The position numbers and the translations under genes are program-made. Shown piece after piece: positions 10,429 through 20,873 of a DNA stretch of 64,000 nucleotides. This stretch comes from an uncultured Spirochaetota bacterium (GTDB lineage Bacteria; Spirochaetota; Spirochaetia; SZUA-6; Fen-1364). The DNA lies in the NCBI GenBank assembly GCA_963781885.1, contig CAWAHW010000004.1, forward strand, positions 98,139 to 162,138, written 5' to 3'. A model generated the notes under the pieces. The model ran no database searches, had not been told where the DNA came from, and was given only the letters and a program-made list of their open reading frames with translations. Every line of letters begins with the position of its first letter. Position 1 is the stretch's first letter.

Positions 10429-11628
10429 ATGGCAACGACAACGAATGCTTTACAAAACCTCCTAGATTGCCCCGCCGCTGAGCGGGAGTCCCGCGGCTAT
10501 GGAAACACCGCAACGGAAATCGCCAGCCAGCCCGCCGTGTGGCGAAAGACAATGAAGGTCGTGGTGAGCGCCCTCCCCGCCCTCGCTGCCTTCTGCGCAA
10601 AGTCCCCTCGGCTCCTGGTCACCGGGGCGGGCAGCTCCTACTATGCGGCGCTCAGCATCGTTCCTCTTCTTCGGCGCTCCTATGGATGTGTCGAGGCCAT
10701 CCCGTCCACGGAGATCCTCATGGACCCGGATTCGTCATTCCCCGAGGGAGAGTTCATCCTCGTCTCCCTTGCGCGTTCGGGCAATAGCCCCGAAGGCAAC
10801 GCCGTCTTCGAGCTTGCAGAGAAGCTCCGGCCGGGACTTGTCAGGCAACTGGTCATCACGTGCAACAAGGACGGAGAGCTCGCCCATCTGGCGGATTCCC
10901 GCAACTCGCGGGGCTTCAAGCTGCTCCTACCGGAGGAAACCAACGACAAGAGTCTCGCAATGACCGCATCGTTCAGCTCTTTGACGATCGCCGGCTACGC
11001 GCTGGGGTATCTCCGGTCGCCTGAGAAGTATCGTGACGCGGTTGAAGGCCTGTCACGGGGGGCGGAATCTCTCCTTTCAACAGGGTCCACCCTGGCGAGC
11101 GATCTTGCGCACGAAGGGTTCGGCCGCATGTTCTTCCTCGGTTCCCGCCCCTTCCTGGGAGGAGTGATGGAAGCGCAACTGAAGGTGCAGGAGCTGAGCG
11201 GTGGATCCGTCATTGCGAAAGCGGAGGATACCCTCGGTTTCAGGCACGGGTTCATGGCCGCGGTGGATGCGAACAGCCTGATCGTCCTTGCATTGTCGCA
11301 GGATCGCTGCCGGCGCCTCTATGAGATGGACCTCCTTGCAGAGATACGCCAGAAAGGCCTCGGCAGAAAGTGCGTGGCCGTGACGGGAGGAGGAAACGCG
11401 TCTGACCTACGGGAGGTCGCCGCGCTCACGGACGCGCATTTCGACTACGGTCGTGCTCCTTCCGTGACGGACCAGGTCCAGGCACCGCTGGTCGCGATGA
11501 CCGGACAACTTCTGGGTGTCTTTCTTTCCTTGAACGCCGGGCTTCGGCCAGACAACCCCTCGCCTTCCGGCGTCATCAACAGGGTGGTCCAGGGAGTCCG
11601 CATCCATCCACGTGAGGCCTGCTCGTGA
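10429..11628 (+). CDS. agaS: SIS-domain protein, AgaS-like (galactosamine-6-P deaminase/isomerase family)
   Basis: TATEIASQP, TGAGSS, SLARSGNSPE, TCNKDG, MTASFS, GFRHG, PDNPSPSGVINRVVQGV. Confidence 0.85.
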   Translation: MATTTNALQNLLDCPAAERESRGYGNTATEIASQPAVWRKTMKVVVSALPALAAFCAKSPRLLVTGAGSSYYAALSIVPLLRRSYGCVEAIPSTEILMDPDSSFPEGEFILVSLARSGNSPEGNAVFELAEKLRPGLVRQLVITCNKDGELAHLADSRNSRGFKLLLPEETNDKSLAMTASFSSLTIAGYALGYLRSPEKYRDAVEGLSRGAESLLSTGSTLASDLAHEGFGRMFFLGSRPFLGGVMEAQLKVQELSGGSVIAKAEDTLGFRHGFMAAVDANSLIVLALSQDRCRRLYEMDLLAEIRQKGLGRKCVAVTGGGNASDLREVAALTDAHFDYGRAPSVTDQVQAPLVAMTGQLLGVFLSLNAGLRPDNPSPSGVINRVVQGVRIHPREACS

Positions 11629-11647
11629 CGGAAGCGGAGGTCCCTGC

Positions 11648-12547
11648 ATGAAGCTCCTCGTTGCCGGCGATGCGAACATCGATTTCCAGATGACGGGGCT
11701 CGCCTCCCTTCCCCAGACGGACAAGGAGGTGATGTGCAGCGAGTTCACCGCCTCGATCGGTGGGTCTTCGACGATCTGCGCCGCAGCCTACTCATGCCTC
11801 GGAGGGCACGCAGAGTTCTGCGGCCTCATGGGGGACGATGAGAACGGCAGGCTCACCGAACGGATGTTGCGTCGGGCGGGCGTGGGGCTCGATCTGCTGC
11901 GATTCACGAGCGACTGCGCCACCGGCGTGACGGTGAACCTCGTATTCGCCTCCACGAGGACGCAGATCACGTATCCCGGCACGCTCTCCATTGTCGATGA
12001 GAGCGGCACCCTGCTGCGGGAGGTCGGGCGGTGCGGGCATCTTCACCTGGGAGGCCTGTATCCGCTCGCAGCGTTTCTTCCCCGGGTCACCGAAGTCCTT
12101 GCGGCCGCGCGCGCTGCCGGTGTCACGACATCGCTCGCCACGCAGTGGGACCCCCGGCAGGAATGGAAGCATCTCGAAGACTGGCTGCCTCTCCTCAGCT
12201 ACCTGTTCGTGAATGCGGATGAGGCCCTTTCGATCACGCGACGCACAAAAATCGATGACGCCTGGAAGGATCTGGCTGGCCGTACGGCGTGCCCTTTGAT
12301 CACTCTTGGCGCTTCGGGGGCGTTCGCGATCGGCCGCCGCATCCCTGGCTTTTCCGTGCCCGTCAGGGACACGACGGGTGCAGGCGACAGCTTCGCCGCT
12401 GGTTTCCTTTTTGCGATCAAGGAAAGGCTCCTGCCGCCGGAGGATGCCATCCGGTATGCCTGCGCGGCGGGGGCGCTCTGCTGCACCTATACGGGCGGAG
12501 TGAGCGCGGAGCTCAGCCACGCACGCGTGGTGGAGCTCCTTCCATGA
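11648..12547 (+). CDS. PfkB-family carbohydrate kinase
   Basis: IGGS N-terminal motif; DTTGAGDSF anion hole. Confidence 0.9.
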   Translation: MKLLVAGDANIDFQMTGLASLPQTDKEVMCSEFTASIGGSSTICAAAYSCLGGHAEFCGLMGDDENGRLTERMLRRAGVGLDLLRFTSDCATGVTVNLVFASTRTQITYPGTLSIVDESGTLLREVGRCGHLHLGGLYPLAAFLPRVTEVLAAARAAGVTTSLATQWDPRQEWKHLEDWLPLLSYLFVNADEALSITRRTKIDDAWKDLAGRTACPLITLGASGAFAIGRRIPGFSVPVRDTTGAGDSFAAGFLFAIKERLLPPEDAIRYACAAGALCCTYTGGVSAELSHARVVELLP

Positions 12548-12604
12548 GGACGTTCGGCGCTTGAGCGCGACGTATAGCTCGATTTTCGTGCGAAGGAGGG
12601 TTGT

Positions 12605-13854
12605 ATGAAGCACCGTTTCCTGTTTTTCATGGTCTTCCTGCTTGCCTGCGCATCGTTGTTCGCGCAGGAATCCATCACCGTCATCTTCCCCAAGCATGAG
12701 GCGGACCTGACGGGCGCTTTCGCTTCGAGGGTGAAGGAGTTCGAAGCGAGCTCAAAGATAACGGTCAACCTGATCCAGATGGGGTGGGATGACGTCAACA
12801 ACAAGCTGACCGCCGAAATGGCCAGCGGCGGCAGCGCGTACGACGTCGTCGAGTTCGACAACGGCAACGTGGCAGCCTGGCTTGGCGCCGGATGGGTGGA
12901 GCCGCTGGATAGCTACATGCCGAAGGGCTACACCAACGGCATGATCCCCGGGCTCGTGGATCTATTCACCGGGGGGACGGGAAGCTGTACGGGATCGTCT
13001 GGAACAACGATACACGCTTCTTTTTCTACAACGCCAGCATGCTGAAGAAGGCCGGCATCGCGAACCCGCCGCGTACGTGGGACGAGCTCATTTCCCAGAG
13101 CAAAACGCTCATGAGCAAGGGCATCGCCAAGTACGGAATGGCGGGCTTCTGGAAGGCCGAGTGGGCGCTCGCGAACGACTTCCATTTCTTCGCGTACACC
13201 TACGGCGGCAAGATCGCCGACAAGCAGGGCAACATCCTCTTCAACACCGACCCGAACACCCTGGCCGCGGCGCAGGAGATGGTGAAGATGCTCAAGGAGG
13301 GGGTGGTGGACCCCGCTTCCCTCACTTACGACCAGGAAGCGGTCAACAATATCTTCCTCAAGGGCGATGTCGCATTCCTCAGCCAGGGCATACCGGGGAT
13401 CATGTCCTACGCGCAGGACCCGGCCCGTTCCAACGTGATCGGCCAGGTCAAGGTCGGCCTCGTGCCGGGCGGCAAGGTGGGAACGAGCGCGGCGCTCACC
13501 CTCCCCGAGGCGTACGCCATCCCCAAGGGCTCGACGAACAAGGCCAATGCCTGGAAGTTCATCGAGTACATGACCAGCAAGGAGACGAACAAGAAGCTGG
13601 CGCAGGAGATCGGCATCCTGCCCATCTGGAGCGCCCTGTATACCGACCCCGATCTGGTGAAGCTCTACCCCTACTGGGCGGATTTCTCCAGGCAGATGGC
13701 CAGCGCCAAGGGCCTGGCCGTGCTGACGTGGTACAATAACTTCGTGGACGTCTGCATTCCCGAGACGCAGAAGATGCTTTCCGGGAAGCTCGCGCCGAAG
13801 GATGCCTTGAACGAAATGGCGGGTCTGCTCAAGGATTACGCGGGCAAGCCGTAG
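12605..13854 (+). CDS. Sugar ABC solute-binding protein, frameshift in G-run at 12971-12976
   Basis: Signal peptide; shifted frame restores GDGKLYGIVWNNDTRFFFYNASMLKKAG. Confidence 0.85.
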
Positions 13855-13943
13855 CCGGATCTCGATCTCCAGGGGTGGGACGGGCACGTCGTGCCCGCCC
13901 CCACCTCGCCACCGTGATGTCCTGGGTCCGCGCGGAGTGAGAT

Positions 13944-14852
13944 ATGGCGATTCGTCTCTTCAATCCGCTGACAATGGATGAGCCGCGGAAGCTCGGGATC
14001 ACGCTGGTGCTGCCGTCGCTCGTCATCGTCTTCGGTTTTCTGATATTCCCCTTTCTCTATTCCCTCGTCCTGAGCCTCATGAACTACGATCTTGCCCGGC
14101 CCCAGGGCAACGGCTTCATCGGCCTGGGGAACTACGTCCGCCTGACGCAGGATCCGTACTTCTTGAACTCCGTGGTCGTTACGCTCGTGTTCAGCTTCTC
14201 CTCCGTGATCCTCGAGATCATCCTGGGCGTCGCGATCGCCCTGGTGATGAACCAGAACTTCAAGGGCCGGGGCGTTCTGCGCGCGCTCATCATCATCCCC
14301 TGGGCGCTCCCCTCGATCGTGAACGCCTCCATGTGGAGCTGGATCCTCAATGCGAACTACGGCGCCCTCAACGCCTTGCTCTCGCAGCTGGGGATCCTGC
14401 ACGCCTACAGGCCGTGGATCGCCGACCCCTCATGGGCCATGGTGCTGATCATCCTGACCAATGTCTGGAAGGAGACCCCATTCACCGTCATCATGGTCCT
14501 TGCAGCCCTGCAGGGAATCCCTCTGCATCTGCGCGAGGCAGCAGTCATGGATGGCGCGGGGGCGGTGCGGAGATTCATTCATGTCGTCCTGCCCATGATC
14601 GCGCAGATCGTCATGATCTGCGCTCTTCTGCAGGTGGTATGGAGCCTGCTGCATACCTTCGAGCTGGTGTACGTCATCACGCGTGGCGGGCCGTTCAACT
14701 CCACCGACATCATCCCGATGAGGATCTACTGGCAGACATTCAAGGGGTTGCGCTTCGGGTACGGTGCCGCGATGGCATACCTGGCGGCCATTGCGCTTCT
14801 GATACCCGCCGTCTTCTACATACGGTCCGCGTACAAGACCACGGTCGAATGA
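13944..14852 (+). CDS. Carbohydrate ABC transporter permease
   Basis: FIGLGNY, IIPWALP, EAAVMDGA. Confidence 0.92.
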   Translation: MAIRLFNPLTMDEPRKLGITLVLPSLVIVFGFLIFPFLYSLVLSLMNYDLARPQGNGFIGLGNYVRLTQDPYFLNSVVVTLVFSFSSVILEIILGVAIALVMNQNFKGRGVLRALIIIPWALPSIVNASMWSWILNANYGALNALLSQLGILHAYRPWIADPSWAMVLIILTNVWKETPFTVIMVLAALQGIPLHLREAAVMDGAGAVRRFIHVVLPMIAQIVMICALLQVVWSLLHTFELVYVITRGGPFNSTDIIPMRIYWQTFKGLRFGYGAAMAYLAAIALLIPAVFYIRSAYKTTVE

Positions 14853-14865
14853 AAAGGGGAGACCG

Positions 14866-15729
14866 ATGAGGTTCGTGTTCAAACGCTTCGCCTTTCGCGT
14901 CTTCCTCTACGTCGCGGCGCTTTTCATTGCCGTGTGGGTCCTGGCGCCGTATGCGTGGCTCATCATCTCATCGCTCTCCACCAAGATCGACCTTCTGAAC
15001 GTGCCGTTGAAGTGGATCCCCTCCCGGCCGACCCTGGAGAACTATCGGGGCCTCTTCTCTGACGGGCAGAGCGCGCTGAGCCAGGGGATGAGCTTCTTCT
15101 CCCGGTCGATGCTGAACTCCCTCATCGTGACATTCTCTTCCATGGGGATCTGCATGTTTTTCGGCGTGTTTACCGCCTACGCCGTGGCACGCCTCACCTT
15201 CCCGGGAAGGAAGTTCTACCTCATGCTGCTCATGGGCAGCTACATGATGCCGCCCATCGCCATCGTGATCCCCGGATACATCATCCTCAAAAGCCTGCAC
15301 CTTCTGGATTCAAGGATCGGATTGGCGCTCGTCGATATCACCTTCATCCTGCCGCTCGTGGTCTGGATCATGCGCGGCTTCTTCCTGAGCATCCCGCTCG
15401 AGCTCGAGGAGGCGGCGCGAATCGACGGCTCTTCGCGTCTCGGGGCGCTGCTCCGTATCATCCTGCCGCTCTCCGTTCCGGGGCTCGTGAGCGCCGGTGT
15501 CTTCTGCTTCATCGCCTCCTGGAATGAGTACTTCTACGCTTTCCTCTACACCTCCATGCGCGCCCGGACATTGCCCGTCCTGATCGGGGAGTTTACGACG
15601 AAGGTCGGCACCGACTATTTGAAAATGGCGGCAGCCGGTGTCGTCGCAAGCGCTCCCCCCGTTCTCCTTGCCCTGATCTTTCAACGCTTCCTGATTCGAG
15701 GCCTTACCGAGGGCGCCGTGAAGGGGTGA
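14866..15729 (+). CDS. Carbohydrate ABC transporter permease
   Basis: ELEEAARIDG, WNEYF, GLTEGAVKG. Confidence 0.92.
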   Translation: MRFVFKRFAFRVFLYVAALFIAVWVLAPYAWLIISSLSTKIDLLNVPLKWIPSRPTLENYRGLFSDGQSALSQGMSFFSRSMLNSLIVTFSSMGICMFFGVFTAYAVARLTFPGRKFYLMLLMGSYMMPPIAIVIPGYIILKSLHLLDSRIGLALVDITFILPLVVWIMRGFFLSIPLELEEAARIDGSSRLGALLRIILPLSVPGLVSAGVFCFIASWNEYFYAFLYTSMRARTLPVLIGEFTTKVGTDYLKMAAAGVVASAPPVLLALIFQRFLIRGLTEGAVKG

Positions 15730-15797
15730 TCGGCGGGGAGCGACATCCTCCATATGGCGGCGGGGCAGGCGTTCAAAATGCGTATATTCTTGCGGTC

Positions 15798-16307
15798 ATG
15801 GGAATGAGGGCAAACAGGGCGCTGTCCGTCGTCATCACCCTTCTTTCTGCGGCGATATGCCGGGGAGAAGAGGCGGCCAAGCCCGTGAAGGCTCTTCTGC
15901 CGGTCGACGGGAAGCTCACCTACCTCGAACGGGCCGATTTCCGCCGCAATGAAAGCGGCAGATTCGTCGGGTTTCCGTCAACAATATCCATTTCGCCGCG
16001 GAGCAGGCTGTCTTCCTGCCGGATGAGCCGCCGCGCCTGGAGGCCCTGGCAGCCGCGCTGAAACTGATCGACGGCAGGAGCTTTCTCGTGGTCGGCCATA
16101 CGGCCGATGTCGGCACGCAGGAGAGTTAGTACACCCTTTCCGTGCAGAGGGCCAAGGCGGTCGTGGATTTTCATGGCATCGCAAGGGATCAGTGCCGGGC
16201 GCTTCCTCTACGAGGGACGCGGCGGTACCGAGCCTGTCGCTCCGAGCGACACCGAGGAGAACATGGCCCGGAACAGACGCGTGGAGATCTTCATTCTCGA
16301 CCAGTAG
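15798..16307 (+). pseudogene. OmpA-family pseudogene (internal deletion, nonsense codon, frameshift)
   Basis: Signal peptide plus ~55 aa joined out of frame to NNIHFAAE...VVGHTADVGTQES*YTLSVQRAKAVVDF...RNRRVEIFI; TAG at 16127-16129. Confidence 0.75.
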
Positions 16308-16346
16308 GGGAATGGCGCGCCGGCGCTCGATAGCGGCGCCGAACTT

Positions 16347-17006
16347 TCAGGACCTGTGTGCGTCTTCCAGGCCGGCCAGCGCCCTCTGGTAGGCCGGAGA
16401 AAGCTCCTGCCGTCCCGTCATGCTCACATTCAGGTCCCGCAGAAGGCCGTCGCTCAATCCGTAGATCCACCCATGGACGGCCAGGCCCTGGCCGCGCTCC
16501 CAGGCCTGCTGGACGATCGTGGTCTGCGCGACATTGATCGCCTGCTCGATCACGTTCAGCTCGCACAAGCGACGGATCCGGGCTTCGGTGTCCGGGAGCG
16601 CTGCCAGAACGGCCTGGTGCTTCTGCATGACGTCCTGCGCGTGCCGGAGCCAGTTGTCGATCAGCCCGAGCGTGCGGTTGTCGTGGGCCGCGGTCACGCC
16701 TCCACATCCGTAGTGGCCGCAGACGATGACGTGCTCCACCTGCAGCACGTCCACGGCGTACTGGATGACCGAAAGGCAGTTCAGGTCCGTATGCCCGACG
16801 ATATTGGCGACATTGCGATGGACGAACAGCTCACCCGATTGAAGCCCGACGATCTCGTTGGCCGGGACCCGGCTGTCCGAGCAGCCGATCCAGAGGTAGC
16901 GCGGTTTCTGCTGCCGGGAAAGTGACGTGAAAAACGCCGGGTCACGCGCCGTGATCCGGGCAGCCCAGTCCCTGTTGTTGTGAATGAGACGATCGATCGT
17001 GCTCAC
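16347..17006 (-). CDS. can: Beta-class carbonic anhydrase
   Basis: WIGCSDSRVP, HRNVAN, CGHYGCGG. Confidence 0.95.
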   Translation of the reverse strand: MSTIDRLIHNNRDWAARITARDPAFFTSLSRQQKPRYLWIGCSDSRVPANEIVGLQSGELFVHRNVANIVGHTDLNCLSVIQYAVDVLQVEHVIVCGHYGCGGVTAAHDNRTLGLIDNWLRHAQDVMQKHQAVLAALPDTEARIRRLCELNVIEQAINVAQTTIVQQAWERGQGLAVHGWIYGLSDGLLRDLNVSMTGRQELSPAYQRALAGLEDAHRS

Positions 17007-17113
17007 GGTCCCCTCCCGCTCATCGCTTCACCAATATAGGTGTGCGCCTTGCCGGCCGGCAAAAGGAATGGGGGATGACGTGCCACACAGGAAAACCTCG
17101 ATCGGGCGGGAGC

Positions 17114-18322
17114 TCAATTCTCAAGGATCGTGATTTCGACCCTTCGATTCTTCCGCATGCCTTCCTCCGTGGAGTTGTCCCCGATCGGCGAGCTCGCTCC
17201 CATGCCGCGCGCCGTCAGCCGTTCCGCGGTGACCGCACCCGTGGACAGGAGCACATCCGCCGCCGCTTTTGCCCGTTGCTCGGACAATGCCTGGTAGTCC
17301 TTTTCGGTGTATCCCGGTGCGAGGGCCGTGAACCCGGCGACGGAGATGTCCCGGTCGGGGTAATTCTTGAGTATGTCGGCAATACGACGCAGCTTGTCCT
17401 GCTCGGCGGGGAGGAGCTGGTCGGAGTTCGGGGGAAAGTTCACATTTTCCAGCGTGATGGTCACGCCCTGGTCCGTCGGCTGCACGTTCACATCCGGAAT
17501 CGCCTGTGCGTCGAGCTGCTTCTGGATATCGCCCGCCACCTGGGCGCGATCCAGGGGTGCCGCGTCGACGAGGTCGCTGTGGGAGTCGCCCTTGAACTCA
17601 ACATCGTCGCCGGTGTTGAAAGAGAAGAGGAAATCGAATGACTCCTCGTAGGCAACCGGCTTTCGTTCCGTGAGACTCCACCAGCATTTCTGGTGGGAAT
17701 AACCGGCGACCCTTGTGGGGTGCATGCGCGCGGTGCCGGGGGAGGAGGTCACCGGGTGGAAGACCTCGTAGTCGATTGTCAGCAGCGCGGTGGGGATCCC
17801 GTTCCTGGTCACATTGCTCACGTAGGTGTACGTGACCGAAATGGGGAACTGGAATGGATCCGGAATTCCGAAGCTCGCGCGGAAATCGTGCAACTCGGTC
17901 GCGGGGGCGGTCCATGTCCCGCCGACAGGAACGTCTCCGTCGGGGAAAGAGGGCACATTGCGCACCACCGGCATGAAATAGGAAGGATCGATCGTATAGG
18001 CGCCGTGGCCGTCCCGCCAATATTCGGAGGAGTAGTGCTCTGACCACTCGTACGTATTGGTCGATCCGAACGCTCTCTCCGACGTCTGGAAGTCGACAAC
18101 GTTGTATCCCGCGTCGCCGCGGGTATCGGTCACATCAACGGCGATCTTGTCCAGGATATCGACATCGTGGCCGAACCGGCCGTTGACGTACACCGATTCG
18201 TGCACCTGGGAGAGAATCCTGTACTTCTCCCCCTTCGTGTATGCGAAGCGAAATACGTCCGCCGGAAGCCAAGGAGCGGCAATCAGGAGTGCCGCAGCAA
18301 CAAGAAGAAGCCGTTTCGCCAT
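17114..18322 (-). CDS. OmpA-family protein (exported N-terminal domain plus OmpA C-terminal peptidoglycan-binding domain)
   Basis: Signal peptide; LENVNFPPNS, GFTA, LSEQRAKA, RGMGASSP, NRRVEITI. Confidence 0.88.
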   Translation of the reverse strand: MAKRLLLVAAALLIAAPWLPADVFRFAYTKGEKYRILSQVHESVYVNGRFGHDVDILDKIAVDVTDTRGDAGYNVVDFQTSERAFGSTNTYEWSEHYSSEYWRDGHGAYTIDPSYFMPVVRNVPSFPDGDVPVGGTWTAPATELHDFRASFGIPDPFQFPISVTYTYVSNVTRNGIPTALLTIDYEVFHPVTSSPGTARMHPTRVAGYSHQKCWWSLTERKPVAYEESFDFLFSFNTGDDVEFKGDSHSDLVDAAPLDRAQVAGDIQKQLDAQAIPDVNVQPTDQGVTITLENVNFPPNSDQLLPAEQDKLRRIADILKNYPDRDISVAGFTALAPGYTEKDYQALSEQRAKAAADVLLSTGAVTAERLTARGMGASSPIGDNSTEEGMRKNRRVEITILEN

Positions 18323-18492
18323 GATGCCCTTTTTCATTGTCGGAAGGTCGCCCTCCAAAATCGCACCCCTGTGGACGGCCGGCCCCCCCGACATTGGAAG
18401 AGATCGCCCCGGGCTGGTATCTTCTGGTTGTGGTCCCCGTCATCGACATCAATCCAGCGCACACGGGTGCACGCCCGGGCCAGCCCGGCGCC

Positions 18493-19122
18493 GTGGTGAT
18501 ATATGTCGTTGACGACGAGCCCCTTGCCCTGGATGGCCTGTGCAGGCTGCTCAGGTCAGTGGGCCACGACGTGCGCGCCTACAATTCCCCCGAGTCATTT
18601 CTGCAAGAGGCCGCTGCCGGCATGGCGGGATGTCTTCTCCTGGACGTGCAGATGCCGGGGCTCAACGGGCTGGATCTCCAGGAGCGGCTGACGGCGGCAG
18701 GCTGCCTTCTCCCCATCATCTTCCTGACGGGGCACGCGGACATTCCCATGAGCGTGCGCGCCATGAAGGCGGGAGCCGTGGACTTTCTCATCAAGCCCGT
18801 GCAGGAAAAACCGCTGTTCGAGGCGCTGCAACGGGCATTCGAAAAGGACGCGCGCGAGCGCCGCCAGCGGCAGGAGCTTGCGGAAATCGAGCGCCGGGCA
18901 GAGACGCTCACGCCGCGCGAGCTCGAGGTATTCTCCCTCGTGATTACCGGTATGCTCAACAAGCAGATCGCGGATCGCCTTGCGACGACTGAGAAGACAA
19001 TCAAGGTCCACCGCGGACGGGTCATGGCAAAGATGAACGCCCCATCGCTTGCCGATCTCGTCCGCATGGCAGGCCGGCTCGGCCTGCCGGCACATCGTCC
19101 CGACTCCCCCGCATCGACCTGA
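18493..19122 (+). CDS. FixJ/NarL-type response regulator (REC + LuxR HTH)
   Basis: VVDDE, LLDVQMPG, FLTGH, KP, LTPRELEV...NKQIA..L...EKTIKVHRGRVMAKM; GTG start inferred. Confidence 0.9.
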   Translation: MVIYVVDDEPLALDGLCRLLRSVGHDVRAYNSPESFLQEAAAGMAGCLLLDVQMPGLNGLDLQERLTAAGCLLPIIFLTGHADIPMSVRAMKAGAVDFLIKPVQEKPLFEALQRAFEKDARERRQRQELAEIERRAETLTPRELEVFSLVITGMLNKQIADRLATTEKTIKVHRGRVMAKMNAPSLADLVRMAGRLGLPAHRPDSPAST

Positions 19123-19209
19123 CCGGGCATTGGACCAAGGTCCAATAGCTCGGAGGGTTCAAACCGACCATACTTGGCTCCACGGTTCGCATCGCGGGAG
19201 GAAAATTCC

Positions 19210-20832
19210 ATGAAAAATCTCCGGCCGGTCGCGTGCGCGTGCGCCTTGACGGCTCTCGCGCTTTTGTCATCATGCACGGCTCCCGGCAGTCCAACGCCCG
19301 GCGCAACAACGGGCGGCATCGCGGGCAGGGCAGTGTACGCGAACGGGACGAGCTCTGCCGGGTACCTCATCAGCGTCGAGAAGCTGCAGGCCGCCGAAAC
19401 CGCCACCGTGCGGGCGTCCCTCGCGGCGCATGCAGTCGTCCCGCGGCAGGTGACCCTTTCAACGACCACGGCCGCGGACGGCACCTACGCACTCTCCGAT
19501 CTCGACCAGGGCTCCTATACGCTCTATGCGAGCAGCGCGACCAGCACGGAGAAGGCAGTCGAGACGAATGTCGAGGTGGCGGCGGGAAAAACGGTCACCG
19601 CGGCCGACCTTGCGCTCACGGAGACGGGAGGGATTTCCGGCACGGTCCTGGTGAGCGCTTCAGAGACCGACAATGCCGGCACGATGGTGTTTGCCGCCGG
19701 CACGTCGTACATCGGCATGACCGATGCCGCCGGCTCATTTTCCATTGCCGGTATCCCCGTCGGGACGACATGCAGCCTGATGATCGTGCATGACACGTAT
19801 ACGCACGCCGCGGTCACCGTGACCGTGCAGGACTCGTCGGTGAAGGACATCGGGAGGATCGACGCGACGCTCGACTATCCCTGGTCGTCGGGTCATGGGG
19901 CGCCGTCCGCCTCCATCGGCGCACCGGGAAACCTGTACGTGAATGTCGGCGAGGGCACCATATTTCGCAAGGCCGGCACGGCATGGCAGCCGGTGACGCT
20001 CCTTTCCGGCAGCATGGGCACACCGGTGAGCTGGCTCGGTGTGTGTCCGCGTCGTCCGGTCGATCCGCCGCTGAACGGAACCTATTACGACAGCTCCATC
20101 GGCATCGTGTACGCCTGGGACGGCGGTGCATGGAGGGTCGTCTGGAAAGACGCGCCGCCGGCAACGATCCTCCTGCATCGGGAGCTGCTCGCTTCCACCT
20201 ATGCCGACTTCAACCTCGTCGGGCTGGGGTGGGACTGGGGAGACAGCGGGCTCGTCCAGTATGCTCCGGACAACGGGCCGGGGGTTGCAGCGCCCCAATT
20301 CGGATCCAGCTCCTATTTCTCCAATGTCCAGGGCAGCCTCAACGGTCACGACGGGCCGCGGTATTATACGGCGCTGCGCATCCGCCCGCAGACGGTCCTC
20401 GGCCTGGACCATGTGACACTCGGGCAGCTTGCCTCCATTTCCTATTACACCCGGCAGCAGAACGCGGCAAAACCGGGGGCGTGGCAACTGAAGATCTATA
20501 CGGAGCCTCCGTCGGGAGGCACGGCGTGGTACGGCCACAGGTTGAATGCCGTCACCCCGTCCTATGCGGATATCGCGTGGCACCTCAACACGACCGATTC
20601 GATGAGCTTCGAGCAGGTGCTCGCCGGCGAGAGCACGACGGGTGATTCAAGTCTTGTCGGAAAGTCGCTGTCCTATATCCAGGGCATTCCGTCGTACACG
20701 AGCGAGCCGATTCTCTGGATCGACATCATCGCGGGCTTCGCGACCGCCGGACCCGAGGTGGAGAGCTATCTCGATGGCGTGACGATAAGACTCGGCAGCG
20801 GCGCTTCCATCGTCCTGGACCTGGGCGACTAG
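19210..20832 (+). CDS. Lipoprotein with two carboxypeptidase-regulatory-like domains and an unassigned C-terminal domain
   Basis: Lipobox LLSSC; GGIAGRAV... and GGISGTVL... beta-sandwich repeats. Confidence 0.65.
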   Translation: MKNLRPVACACALTALALLSSCTAPGSPTPGATTGGIAGRAVYANGTSSAGYLISVEKLQAAETATVRASLAAHAVVPRQVTLSTTTAADGTYALSDLDQGSYTLYASSATSTEKAVETNVEVAAGKTVTAADLALTETGGISGTVLVSASETDNAGTMVFAAGTSYIGMTDAAGSFSIAGIPVGTTCSLMIVHDTYTHAAVTVTVQDSSVKDIGRIDATLDYPWSSGHGAPSASIGAPGNLYVNVGEGTIFRKAGTAWQPVTLLSGSMGTPVSWLGVCPRRPVDPPLNGTYYDSSIGIVYAWDGGAWRVVWKDAPPATILLHRELLASTYADFNLVGLGWDWGDSGLVQYAPDNGPGVAAPQFGSSSYFSNVQGSLNGHDGPRYYTALRIRPQTVLGLDHVTLGQLASISYYTRQQNAAKPGAWQLKIYTEPPSGGTAWYGHRLNAVTPSYADIAWHLNTTDSMSFEQVLAGESTTGDSSLVGKSLSYIQGIPSYTSEPILWIDIIAGFATAGPEVESYLDGVTIRLGSGASIVLDLGD

Positions 20833-20873
20833 AACGGCGTCCGCCAGGCTCTGCCCGCTGGGGCCTGGCATTT

